In this document: in pieces, positions 12,021 through 24,177 of the stretch
How positions within the stretch are numbered: the first letter of the stretch is position 1
Layout: the number at the start of each line of letters is the position of its first letter
Origin: Octopus bimaculoides
Taxonomy: Eukaryota
Assembly: GCF_001194135.2 (NCBI RefSeq)
Contig: NC_068995.1
Span: 1,964,878 to 2,028,877, forward strand
Direction of reading: 5' to 3'
DNA: 64,000 bases
The notes under the pieces: generated by a model
What the model was told of the DNA's origin: nothing
Databases searched by the model: none
What the model saw: the letters and a program-made list of their open reading frames with translations, nothing else
Program-made: the position numbers and the translations under genes

Positions 12021-12862
12021 TAATGATAACCCTACTAGAGTCGATTTGTTCGCCTAAAACCCCCAAGGCAGTGTTCCAGCATGGCCACAGTTCGATGACG
12101 GAGATGTGTGTATTAAACTATGTATGTACGTATGTACGTGTGTGTGAATTAAACTATTCTTTGCTCGTGAGACTCCACCATTTTAAAAGGTCTGCGTTTT
12201 GCATTTCAATTGATTTCAAACTTTAATCAACTTTATTGAGGATGTTAAAACTGCGAGAGATTGATAGATTAGAACTAATTAATTTGACATTAATTACAAA
12301 ATTAATGAACCCAAGTAAGAGAAACTTCCGTTGGCAGAAACCTGAGTAAATAGAGATACAGGAAATCTAAGATGTTAAAACTGTTGTTGCTGTTGCTTTT
12401 TTTTAGCCCTGGGTCAGCTTTGAATGAGTANNNNNNNNNNNNNNNNNNNNNNNNNNNNNNNNNNNNNNNNNNNNNNNNNNNNNNNNNNNNNNNNNNNNNN
12501 NNNNNNNNNNNNNNNNNNNNNNNNNNNNNNTTCTTCCGTTATCGGATTTATCAAAAAATGGTTCAGATTTAGATTTCTTGATCTTTTAATAAAGAATTTT
12601 CTGGGGTTTGCAAACGAACATTCTGACTACCTTATTATTCTAAATATACAATATCCTAACACCATTTCAAAAACTCTCTCTATATATTATGTATGTATGT
12701 ATATATATACATGTCAATGCCTCATTCTCTTTCTTTCTATCTATCTATCTATCTACACACACACACACACACACGCACGCTCACACACACACACACACAC
12801 ATATATAGTTTTTGTGGTGTTTGAAATTGTACCAATGTGTCAAAACGTGTAATCGTTTTAAA

Positions 12863-13060
12863 ATTTTGTAATAGGTTTATTAAAATGCCAAACCGGTTTC
12901 GACAATTTTTTGTTCATCAATGGTAAATTTTTAAAAATGCATAAAGGATGTAGAAAAAATTAAAGTTACCAGGAAAAGTTGGAAAAACATGCTTCAAAGA
13001 TTGATAAACAAAAACATTGTCCAAACCGGTTCGGTTATTTTAATAAATCTGTTACAAAAT
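12863..13060. repeat. Imperfect inverted repeat, about 58-bp arms (12863-12921 / 13000-13060)
   Basis: attttgtaataggtttattaaaatgccaaaccggtttcgacaattttttgttcatcaat pairs with attgataaacaaaaacattgtccaaaccggttcggttattttaataaatctgttacaaaat. Confidence 0.8.
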
Positions 13061-13237
13061 CTGTTACAATTGTTCGACGGAAGCCTTCAAGGTAGTGCTC
13101 CGGCATGGCCACTGTCTAATGCCTGAAACAAGTAAAAGAGATATACATAAATACACACTCTCTCTCTCTCTCACACACACACACACATGTTCAATATATG
13201 TAGGTATGTATGTGCTTGTGTGTATGAGTTAACAGTT

Positions 13238-13280
<43 letters not shown>

Positions 13281-13403
13281 TTTGTCTGAAAATATGGAAA
13301 ACATTTCAAAAGTTTAGCCAGATCAAGATACAAACATTTGTGTACATAGAAAAAAGTCAAAACATATGGATACACACATGTCATGACATGTGCATATGTG
13401 TGC

Positions 13404-13436
<33 letters not shown>

Positions 13437-13620
13437 GGTGTCTGCGGCTACCAGGAATGCCATATTTTAAAGTTGCACTCAATACAGATGCTGAGTAGAG
13501 TGAATATATTTATTAACAAAAGCTTAGGCTTTGGTTTGACGCGCTGAGACTGACTTAGTTCTCCTAAGACTGCGCAGTTAACAAATATTTACATGTATGT
13601 ATGATGTATATATGTCTATA

Positions 13621-13658
<38 letters not shown>

Positions 13659-15733
13659 TCCTCTTCGCCATTTTGTTTTCCTCTGGTGGTGCCTATCTGA
13701 AAGAGGCTTTAGTATATATNNNNNNNNNNNNNNNNNNNNNNNNNNNNNNNNNNNNNNNNNNNNNNNNNNNNNNNNNNNNNNNNNNNNNNNNNNNNNNNNN
13801 NNNNNNNNNNNNNNNNNNNNNNNNNNNNNNNNNNNNNNNNNNNNNNNNNNNNNNNNNNNNNNNNNNNNNNNNNNNNNNNNNNNNNNNNNNNNNNNNNNNN
13901 NNNNNNNNNNNNNNNNNNNNNNNNNNNNNNNNNNNNNNNNNNNNNNNNNNNNNNNNNNNNNNNNNNNNNNNNNNNNNNNNNNNNNNNNNNNNNNNNNNNN
14001 NNNNNNNNNNNNNNNNNNNNNNNNNNNNNNNNNNNNNNNNNNNNNNNNNNNNNNNNNNNNNNNNATATATATAGATAGATAGATAGATAGATAGATAGAT
14101 GTATTTAAGATTGAAAATTGGAGTATTGCAATATATAAATGTAAATTTTAAAAATCTTTGGGCCATGCTGATGAGAAATGTCTTCGCTCCAGCATTGCAC
14201 TACCACATAGCACCGCATTCAACCAAACATTGTGTGTCAGAATGTACAAGCTGCTGGTTGAGCAGACGACATATTCTGATGACAGAATCTATCTGCTGAC
14301 CTTAAACTATTAAACAGCAAATGTAAATATTACAAAGAGACCCACATGCAGTGTGGTAGAAATAGTAATGAAATATCTTTCATACCTTACTATCTTTAAT
14401 AAAAGTGAAAGTAAGACATTATGACTTTTATAATCTGTTTTTTATGAATGTTTGGAAAGACAGGATAGTGAAAGGCAAGAATGCTTTTGATCATAGGTCT
14501 GCTCGACCTAAGCTGACCCGGGGTTAAACAGTCACATCCACAACAACCAGTTATAGGGTTTACCCAAATAAATAGATGGCTGAAACTGTTCGCCACCAAC
14601 AACAAGACCAAGAATAACGACTGAAATACTGTAAACAACATTGAATATAACCGGAAAATAAACGAACAAAAGTTTTTGGATTTTTTTAAAGCAAATAGGA
14701 GAGAGAAAAAATACGAGAGAGAAAGTTAGATAGACATAGAGAGAGGGAGAAAGAGACAGTGTATGTGTATTTGCGTCTGACAAAAAGAACGAAAAGGGAG
14801 AGAGAGAGGGGGAGATAAAGCAGAGAAAATGGGAGCCAGTTCCATATTTTTTGGTGTTTATTTATTTTTTTCTGTGTTCTGCCAGAAATATTTGCATTAG
14901 TTGTTCTGATTAAATAGGCAACAACAAATAAGGGGAAGTCGTGACATTTTTACACCACCAGCTAGTTCTTTTAAACTTCAATACTCTTTGTTTGTCTATC
15001 GTGACGGGCTTAAATATGGCGGCCGTTACGTCATACCGATCAACATTTCACCTGTAGTCGCTTTCTTCTTCTTTTTCTTCTTCTTCTCCTCCTCTTCTTC
15101 TTTTCTCGCTATTTATTTACATTAATCTACCTGTTAGGTTTAGCCATAAGACCAATATTTACCAGTCCCTAATTCCTAACTTATATCTTAGACGCCATAA
15201 TGTTTAACACGAAACAGGTCACTTGTCTTCCAGTATGGAATAAACGTGCATCTGTCGTCCAGTGGTTCTGTGATAAACATAATACACACGTCTATAAAAG
15301 TATGCAGCTCTCTCTAGCAGAGTTATATATATCTCGCACGAAACCTTTTCTTCAAAACCCGTTTAGAATTAATTCTGGCCCGATTTCATTCCAGTCAGTG
15401 ATTCTAACATTATTATCATTATGCTTACTAAGAAACCTTTGCTATAAGGGGATAATTTTTGTTTTTAAGTTAATGTCGTGGCCAAATATTGTTTGATAAA
15501 ATTATGGGTTCCTATAATGGAGATGATATTTGCAAATCCCGTCAATATATTGAAATAATTAGAATTAAAGAATTAGTGGCTGATTATGAAGAAATGACGT
15601 TGGAGCTGTAAAATCTTGCATGCATTAATTTCAACGCTTTTTATTAATCACTGCATTGTTTCTTTCCAGATAAACTGATTTCAAACCGTTCGAAGAAGCC
15701 TACTAAAGTAACTATTAGCGAATTCTCTTCAAA

Positions 15734-15812
15734 ATGAACAAAATTTGACATCGTGCTGCTATCAAATACCTGCATTAAAATGCTTTAGTCCCCAACGACA
15801 TTCATACTGACA
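15734..15812 (+). mobile_element. Mariner (irritans-like) transposase 5' remnant
   Basis: MNKI*HRAAIKYLH*NALVPNDIHTD matches the pattern MDKI..RAVIK.L..KGL.P..IH.D. Confidence 0.6.
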
Positions 15813-16211
15813 TAAACTTTTCTGCCCACCCTCGTAGTAGATACTCCCAGGTCAAATTCTTCGATACAGATTTATATTTAACTACTGGTAAATAGTTCTT
15901 TTATTGGTAGACCTAACGGGAAACTCACAGTGAAGTAAGCAACAATTATTGGTAAGGTACCGTAAATATGCGAGTACCAAATTCAATTTCAACCACAGAT
16001 TCGACTCTGGGGTTGGTCCTTGGTGTGACGTAGGTATAAAATGTAAACACAAATGGCATATAAAATTTACAGGTGTTTTGGTAGAATTTTATTTATGCAT
16101 TCATATAAAATTGCATCAATACATAAAATCTACCATCATCAGGTAAAATTTTTAAAAAGTAAAAGATTTGAAACAGGTGAGGTAGTTTTACATCGATATT
16201 ATATATGTGTG

Positions 16212-16301
<90 letters not shown>

Positions 16302-16320
16302 CATTCGATTATATCTATTT

Positions 16321-16493
16321 ATTACAAACATATGAATGAGTGATGCGAATTAACGAATGAAATAAGTCAATAACTGCATAAACAGATACACACAACATAA
16401 ACACACACATATAAGAGTGTGTGTGTATCTGTTTATGCAGTTATTGACTTATTTCATTCGTTAATTCGCATCACTCATTCATATGTTTGTAAT
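16321..16493. repeat. Perfect 74-bp inverted repeat with a 25-nt spacer
   Basis: 16321-16394 is the exact reverse complement of 16420-16493. A further 20-bp outer pair (16302-16321 / 16501-16520) has 2 mismatches. Confidence 0.95.
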
Positions 16494-16780
16494 CATTTAA
16501 TAAATAGACATAATTGAATGTTTATTGGCTGATGTTTGTCGATTCTATATCCTCACCATTTTCTTATTTGTCTTATAAATCGTGGGTAAATTTCTAATTT
16601 ACCCCCACCCATACCTAATACTCAATTGCAATACTGCCTTGCAATAGTAAGCACTTGGCTATAAATACTTATGTACACATCCAGTAGTATATTGGATATT
16701 TGATATCCCTTAGACGGTTTCTTAACCTCTAACTCGTACAGAAATATATATATACACACACATACTCACACACACACACA

Positions 16781-17368
16781 CACGATGGAGTACCCAAAAG
16801 AAACCGGAAACGTTCTCTGTGGGACAAGCCCGTTGTAATTCATGCTCCTGCCGCTAGAAACCACTTGATGCGACCTTCAGGCATCAGTCTGACGACCGGC
16901 GTCATCTGGTAGATTCGTATTGCAACGTGGGGTGTCTTTGTTTTGCAGTGTTTTTCCCCAGTTCTTCGATTTTTGCAATGGCTGAAACGAAGGAACAGCG
17001 TNNNNNNNNNNNNNNNNNNNNNNNNNNNNNNNNNNNNNNNNNNNNNNNNNNNNNNNNNNNNNNNNNNNNNNNNNNNNNNNNNNNNNNNNNNNNNNNNNNN
17101 NNNNNNNNNNNNNNNNNNNNNNNNNNNNNNNNNNNNNNNNNNNNNNNNNNNNNNNNNNNNNNNNNNNNNNNNNNNNNNNNNNNNNNNNNNNNNNNNNNNN
17201 NNNNNNNNNNNNNNNNNNNNNNNNNNNNNNNNNNNNNNNNNNNNNNNNNNNNNNNNNNNNNNNNNNNNNNNNNNNNNNNNNNNNNNNNNNNNNNNNNNNN
17301 NNNNNNNNNNNNNATATGACTGGTGTGTCCTTGAGCTTCTGCCAACGAATTTTGAGCGATGAATTGCA
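16781..17368 (+). mobile_element. Mariner (irritans-like) element, 5' part spanning an N-gap
   Basis: TIR-like cacgatggagtacccaaaagaaaccggaa. ATG at 16978 gives MAETKEQR. After the gap it reads MTGVSLSFCQRILSDELQ (second HTH), then truncates. Confidence 0.75.
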
Positions 17369-17534
17369 ATTAACCAGTTTCAATATAAAAATTTTAATTT
17401 AATTTAATTTCTCTAATTGAATTAACTGGATATAGAAACGGCTGTAGGGATAAAAATTTCATATTATATTGATTGGAATATCTTTGAATAAACTGATGTC
17501 TATATATCAATTTCTACATTTTCTTCTTTTTCTC

Positions 17535-17584
<50 letters not shown>

Positions 17585-17709
17585 TTGTATGTATGTATGT
17601 ATGTATGTATGTATGTATGTATGTATTATATACATGCGTACATATATACTGCGGGTGTCTACACATTCTCCATCGATCAATTTCATTCACTAGACAGTGA
17701 TCAGAGATA

Positions 17710-17820
17710 TAATTGAAGAGTCTTGCTGAAATTGCCTGGATCCCTTGGTGTGGACTGAAGTCGAAATGACGAGGCTGCGAAGCGAACTTCTAAACAAAAC
17801 ACCCATGACATTGCGCACCA
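17710..17820 (-). mobile_element. SINE family A 5' fragment, diverged
   Basis: gtggactgaagtcgaaatgacgaggctgcgaagcgaacttctaaac...tgcgc matches the reverse complement of the head. Confidence 0.55.
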
Positions 17821-17898
17821 TATATACGTGTGTGTGTGCCTGGCTGCGTGTGTATGTAGCTATGGATAAATAGAGTGAGAGGAGAGAAAGAGACTGAA

Positions 17899-17930
<32 letters not shown>

Positions 17931-18453
17931 AGGGAGAGAGGGAGAGAAAGAGACTGAAAGAGAGAGAGATAAGAGAGAGAGAGGTCTAAAGGCAGATAGC
18001 AAGATAGATAGAGAGGAGGAGAGGGATCGAGAGAGAGAAACGTAGAGACAGAGAGAGAGAGAAAGACAGAAGACAAACAGACAGACAAACAAAGACAAAA
18101 AGTGAGAATCGTCAAAGACTGCAGCAGACCCCGTGTTGCATTGATGTATATACAAACACCCCAAGCCACTACTACAATGACTCACCTACAGAATCTGTCT
18201 GTAATATATATACACACCCTGATGCCTGTATATATTTCACACCCTGATGTTTACACACAATTCTAGCTGAATCTACAACTTTCGCTGCTCCACCCTTTCC
18301 CCTCCACTCTGTCTGTCTGTTGGTCCACCCAGTTGTCAAGCTACCCTGTGTCTATCTGTCACATAGTCTCTCTCCACCTCTCTCACTCTTCCCTACCTCT
18401 CTATCTATCTGTCTTCTGTCTGTCTATCTATCTATCCATCCATCCATCCATCC

Positions 18454-18501
<48 letters not shown>

Positions 18502-18964
18502 CTCTCTCTCTCCATCTATCTATCTATCTACATTTACCTATCTATCTAGCTATTTTTCTTTCCTTTTCTCTAGCTCAGTTTTCACGTCTCTCTATCTTTC
18601 TCTATACTCTACCCTATATTTATTACATTTTCTCTCTTTCCTCGTTAACTACCTCCTCCCCCCTCTCTCTTTTTAGTGTAACCCGATGTTCTGGTGAACT
18701 GATGCACCAACTTTCGTTATCTGCACTGGTTTGTGAATATACATTTGTATTGCATAATGCATTTCTCTGAAATCATTGCTGCTCGAAGAAGGCTACGAAA
18801 CGCCTGTAACCCTAAAGATATCAAATGGTTAAATAAATATATTCACCTCTCACCCTTCCACGCACCTTCACAAATATTAATAGCAATAGTATAAAAAAAT
18901 TGTTAAATATTTTGTGTATTGTAAAAGTATAAACAATTTGTTGAAGGTAAATTTTAACAAAATC

Positions 18965-19110
18965 TTATATGAATCCCTAAGGGCCATATCGATTATCATA
19001 GCCCATGTAAACCATATGGATCTCCAAGGGCCAAATCGACTGTCAAGGGCCATGTGGACCCACAAGAGCCATATGGATCCCCAAAGGCCATTTCGATTGC
19101 GGGAACATGG
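18965..19110. repeat. Degenerate GC-richer minisatellite built from catatggatcccaagggc-like subunits
   Basis: atatgaatccctaagggccatatcga / atatggatctccaagggccaaatcga / atatggatccccaaaggccatttcga. Confidence 0.6.
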
Positions 19111-19526
19111 GATGCAAGGGTGGCAGGCGCATCCCCTAAAGTTTTTGGTGGACAATGAAGACATTTTAAAGATCCTAGGCTGGACTTAGGTTTGCACCCC
19201 TAAGTAAATTTCGTTCCCCCGCCTATGACCCTCAGCAAAGTAAAAGTTTGTTTGTGCGCGCGCATACAACTATAAAAGTAGCCGATAGCTTCATTCAAAC
19301 TTACTGGAGTTAATTGAAGAAGAACGAGATATATACGAGGCTTTAATTTTGTCGTATATACACCCATCTCTACACACCCATCTCTACACACCTACCTACA
19401 TCTTCTGTATCTTGACCTTGTCTATTGTTTAAAAATAACACAAAACTAAAACAGTTGGAGGAAATGTATAAACATTAACATTCCACATAGAAAAATAAAC
19501 GGATGGAATATGAGTGCGTGCATATA

Positions 19527-19560
<34 letters not shown>

Positions 19561-19709
19561 CATATATGCATAAATATATATATATACATATATATATACA
19601 CACACACAAGTATTTATGTGTATGTATGTGTGTATGATATTTGTATGTATGTGTATATATATTTCCATGTATCTATGATAAAGAGTATGTAGTCATGTAT
19701 CTGTGTGTA

Positions 19710-19793
<84 letters not shown>

Positions 19794-19807
19794 TATTTAT
19801 GTATTCT

Positions 19808-20015
19808 TTTATTCTTTTACTTGTTTCAGTCATTTGACTGTGGCCATGCTGGAGCACCGCCTTTAGTAGAACGAATCAATCCCAGGACTTATTCTTTGTA
19901 AGCCTAGTACTTATTCTATCGGTCTGTTTCGCCGAACCCCTAAGTTACGTGGACGTAAACACACCAACACTGGTATCCAGGCAATGGTGGGGGGAGAAGC
20001 ACAGACACACAAACA
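19808..20015 (-). mobile_element. SINE family A, 3' half
   Basis: ttcttttacttgtttcagtcatttgactgtggccatgctggagcaccgcc...tacttattctatcggtc...gccgaacccctaagttacg. Confidence 0.85.
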
Positions 20016-20084
20016 TATATATATATATAAACAGAGAGAGTGAGAGAAGGGGAGATAGATAGATAGATATACGCACTTATGGGT

Positions 20085-20713
20085 ATTTTAGGCTAACGTA
20101 AGGGTCGTGAGTTCAATTCTCGGCGGCGCCTAGTGTCCTTGAGCAAGACACTTTACTTCACGTTGCTCCAGTCCACTCAGCTGGCAAAAATGAGTTGTAT
20201 CTGTATTTCAAAGGGCCAACCTTGTGCCTTGCCACATTGTGTCATGCTGAACCTACTTGAGACCTACATTAAGTGTACGTGTGTCTGTGGAGCACTCAGC
20301 CACTTGTATGTTAATTTCACGAACAGTTTGTTCCGTCGATCGGATCAACTGGAACCCTCGGTACTTTTTGGTTATCTCACCCCCATTAAAAAATTGGGTT
20401 TATGTTGCGACAAGGGACTGGATTAAAAGAGTTAGATCCTTTTGACCTTTGGCCTCCTCATTAGCCATTCTATGATTTGTTATAAAAATATCATCAGATT
20501 CAAAAAGATGTTTCATCTTTTCAGCTTCCCTGTTTATTAATGTTTTAATTTTTTTTTTGTATTATTGATGATTAAACAATTTTCTTCGTTGGGGGGAGAT
20601 CACCAAAAGTACCGATATTTTCCATAAAACGGGGAGAGATAACCCAATTTTTTAATGGGGGTCAGATAACCAAAAAGTACCTAACCATCGTCGTCGTAAC
20701 CGAGGGAATGCCA
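20085..20713 (+). mobile_element. SINE family C, tail split by a MITE
   Basis: The tail ggaaccctc|gtcgtcgtaaccga is contiguous in the 56490-56670 copy but separated here by 330 bp. Confidence 0.85.
20360..20681. mobile_element. 322-bp MITE, 41-bp TIRs starting GGTAC, imperfect 8-bp TSD (Merlin-like)
   Basis: TIRs at 20360-20400 and 20641-20681 (1 mismatch). Flanks are gaaccctc (20352-20359) and taaccatc (20682-20689). A degenerate internal TIR copy lies at about 20591-20613. Confidence 0.85.
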
Positions 20714-21280
20714 GAGTTTTGTGTGTATATAAAGTATGTGCGGGATGCATGCCTCTGTGTGTGTGTGTGTGTGTGTGTAACAATGTAGCAATAGGTTGCG
20801 TCGGTTCCCATCCATCAAATGACCTCCATGTTTAGAACTGCTGACACATGTTAACACTAAACAACTCGGGTCACCTGACATGATGTGATGTGTTTTGGTT
20901 TTCGCTGTTCGCCAGGAATTCAACGGTTTATGGCACCAGCCTGGTTGTTGGTCTCAACTTGTCATAGTGTACACTGGCTGACAGCAGCAACAACAACAAC
21001 AACAACGTCAGCAATAGTAACAACAACTACAAGAACATCATTGATGACAGCCAACGACAACGGCAATAACAGTAAAAGCAACACCGATGAGATTGAACTC
21101 ATAACCTCTAGGTGACTGCGCTGCATTAACCAGCACCTTTATCCACTATGCTATACCCTTATGCAGTGACAAAATGAATTCTGAAGGCTTATGAACCTCC
21201 ATTGATGTCGTATGTCGGCTCCCTACTGATTGAATACGACAATTCTATATTTCTGAGACGATGAATACAATTTTATATCT

Positions 21281-21555
21281 TAATCGGAATTGTGTTTTCA
21301 TCTTGATTGTTGCTCTCACAGCACAAAACATCTCGAGAAGGCTGCAGTGTACACAGCCAAACCGTAGTGAAATCAACAATCCAGGTGAAGACCCCATTCT
21401 GTGAAGGTGCTGCCTGCCAGTCCGGATGATGGATATATATTATGCGTTAATCGGAATTGTGTCCTCATCTGGATTGTTGTTTTCACTACGCTTCGGCTGT
21501 GAACACTCCAGCCTTCCTCAAGTGTTTTGTGCAGTGAGAGTAACAATCAAGATGG
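21281..21555. repeat. Inverted pair of about 100-bp units, each with self-complementary ends (Penelope terminal-repeat-like)
   Basis: 21299-21399 matches the reverse complement of 21455-21554 at roughly 80-85% identity by eye. Each unit has the core (g)aaggctg-N9-cagcc-(g)aa. Confidence 0.7.
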
Positions 21556-22039
21556 AGGCACCACTCCTACTCATACATAATACCAGCAACGTATTTCCAC
21601 TTTTCGGTTTTCATGTAAGGATAGTTCACATCTCTCTTGTAGCCAACCCTGAAACGGAAATGTGGCCGTTCTTGTGTTTCCTTGCCAGATGTTAGCTCAA
21701 CATACAACAGATGTCAGTGAGGTCGTTGGGTAGTATTGAGCGTAAACTCTCACGGCTAAGAACTGCTTCTTATGAGAAGCGTCTTAAACAGCCTCTGAGA
21801 ACCAACTCCAACTCCTGGCCTCATCAAGGGCCTCTAAGTTCAGTGGAACATTGTACTGAAAGGGGAAAGGAGTGAAGGTGGGTGCTGGCACCGTAAAGCC
21901 AGAGCTTCGGGTAGCTGAAATTCGTCAGCTTCACAAAGCAAGATCATCAAAACCAGGGCAAATTCTGACTTCAAATCCCTCCTGTATATTCATATGTGTG
22001 TGTGTTTGCGCGCACGAGCCTATCTGCGTATGTGTACGT

Positions 22040-22232
22040 GTGTCTTTACAGTTGTTTGGCTCCACCACCACCGCTTGACAAACGGTGTTGGTGTGTTTAC
22101 GTCCCCATAACCTATAGGTTCGGCAAAAGATACCTATAAAATAAGTAACAGTTTAAAAATAGATAAATAAAATCGTTCAAGGCCGTGCCCCATCATGGCC
22201 GCAGTCTAATGACTGAACAAATGAAAGATAAA
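22040..22232 (+). mobile_element. SINE family A, 3' half
   Basis: ccaccaccgcttgacaaacggtgttggtgtgtttacgtcccc...catcatggccgcagtctaatgactgaacaaatgaaagataaaa. Confidence 0.85.
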
Positions 22233-22924
22233 ACACACACACACACATCAACTAGAGATAATTATATTATGTGATAGACACGCAGATAAATTATGGTTAA
22301 CATGTTAACATATTTAACGCGAGGAAAATTAAAACTAAGAAAAAAAATCCAATTAGAAATAACTATAATTAACTGGTGTTAGTGATATAAAAATTTACTA
22401 ATGAAAAGACGAAACAAGGTTAATTAATGAGAAATGTTATTTTCATTACAAACACTAATTTGAGACAGGAACCAATAACTGAGTGAATTTTTTTACATCA
22501 TCGACTGAAATTTGCAAGGGAGATAATTCTTTATGTTTCGGTTTTATTTTGATTGAAAAGTTTTACACATTGATACATAATTCGGTTAGAAATTTAATGA
22601 TAATTAGGATAATGTCATTAAGTAGAAATTAGTAGTAAGTAGAAAGTGACCTTAACATTATTGTCTTATCTCTACATCATTGTTATGACATTATAACTAT
22701 TATAATGCTGATGCTTTTAATTATCAAAGTATGTGTAATTTCGATTATAACAGTAATTATCAAAATGATTTCATAGATAATATAATTGTAATTGTTAAAG
22801 TCCTATGTGTGTGTGTGTGTGTGGCAGAGATGAAGAGAAGGTCTGTGTGTATCCGTGCGTATCTGCGTGTATACGTGAATGAAAGCAGGATGATGTCTAT
22901 GCGGCTCTGTCTGCCCGAGAGCGG

Positions 22925-23080
22925 ATGCAGCATGGTCCCGCGCTAAGAACTTCTCTATCACAAGGTCCCAGCTTCGGTTCTACCATGTGGCATCTTGGGC
23001 AAGTAGTTTTACCACAGCCTCGGGTCGACTTATGTCTTCTGATTGAAACTGGATAGACGAAAACTGTAAGGAAGCTTTTC
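22925..23080 (+). mobile_element. SINE family A, 5' half, diverged
   Basis: gtggcatcttgggcaagtagttttaccacagcctcgggtcgac...gatagacgaaaactgtaaggaagc. Confidence 0.7.
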
Positions 23081-23499
23081 AGAGTGTTTGTACGTATATT
23101 CAAAGTGTCACGCTGATTCACAACTGTGAAATACCCGGCCACTTGCAGGTTAATTCAATGCGGAGATTAATTCATCAAAGGACAGAATACATCCATCGTC
23201 GGAACCGAAAACGACGGAGATCCACTGATTAAGTGTAGATGTGAGGGTGAGAGAAAGTGTACATAGACCAGGCCTGGTGTGTGTGGGGTGGAGGAGGGGG
23301 GCAAGGCTGTGCTTCTCTATATATATCGTAGGTAACTCATAAATACCCCAAAAAGAAGCACACTCGAAGTTGTAGAACAGTAGAGTATACAGAAAAAGAT
23401 ATATATACAGGGTTGAAATTAATGCATGCAAAATTTCACAGCTTTAGCATCACTCCTTCATAGTCAGCCTACGAAGTTTTCAGCCCACCCTTGTAAGGA

Positions 23500-23715
23500 C
23501 TGTGAGTTGGTAGAACCATCAGCAATTCGGACAAAATACTTAGTGGCATTTCTTCCGGATCATTACATTCTGAGTTCAAAATCATACCGAGGTTGACAGT
23601 TTACCTTTCAGCTTTTCGGGGTCGGCAAAACAAAGTACCAGTAAAATACTGGGGATCGAGGTAATCGCTTACCACCTTCCTCCTAAAATTGCTGGCCTTG
23701 TGTAAAAAGTAGAAA
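23500..23715 (+). mobile_element. SINE family B with (ATT)n tail
   Basis: gagttggtagaacc...ttctgagttcaaaat...cctttcagcttttcggggtcggcaaaacaaagtaccag...ctggggatcgaggtaatcg. Confidence 0.8.
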
Positions 23716-24177
23716 TATTATTATTATTATTGTTGTTGTTGTTGTTGTTACTTGTTTGCTTTATCCGATTAAATTGTGCAAACAATGCAATAAAATATAA
23801 ACAACGCAAATACCAATCACAAATATCTCCAGCGTTATCACCACCACCACCACCACNNNNNNNNNNNNNNNNNNNNNNNNNNNNNNNNNNNNNNNNNNNN
23901 NNNNNNNNNNNNNNNNNNNNNNNNNNNNNNNNNNNNNNNNNNNNNNNNNNNNNNNNNNNNNNNNNNNNNNNNNNATGTGGGCCAACTATCTTATCTGACA
24001 AGTGTCTCTTTGACAGACGAATAATAAACCAGATCAGGCGTTCGACTCCTCTCACTCGCAACTTCTGACGAAAACAGTAATACGGTAAGCTCCCAGTAAC
24101 TGACTCACTTTCTCTCCCCGGTTTTATAGTTTCACTTTACTTTAATTTCCAGTGAACTTCAGATTATATATACCTTT

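Noticed and set aside
18914-19189. MD-containing repeat ORF as a reflectin-like sequence
   Set aside because: It lacks the reflectin M/FD(X)5MD(X)5MD motif and the Tyr/Arg/Met composition.
23150-23240. GSDDGCILSFDEL as an EF-hand loop
   Set aside because: Non-canonical ligand spacing, with a stop codon immediately after.
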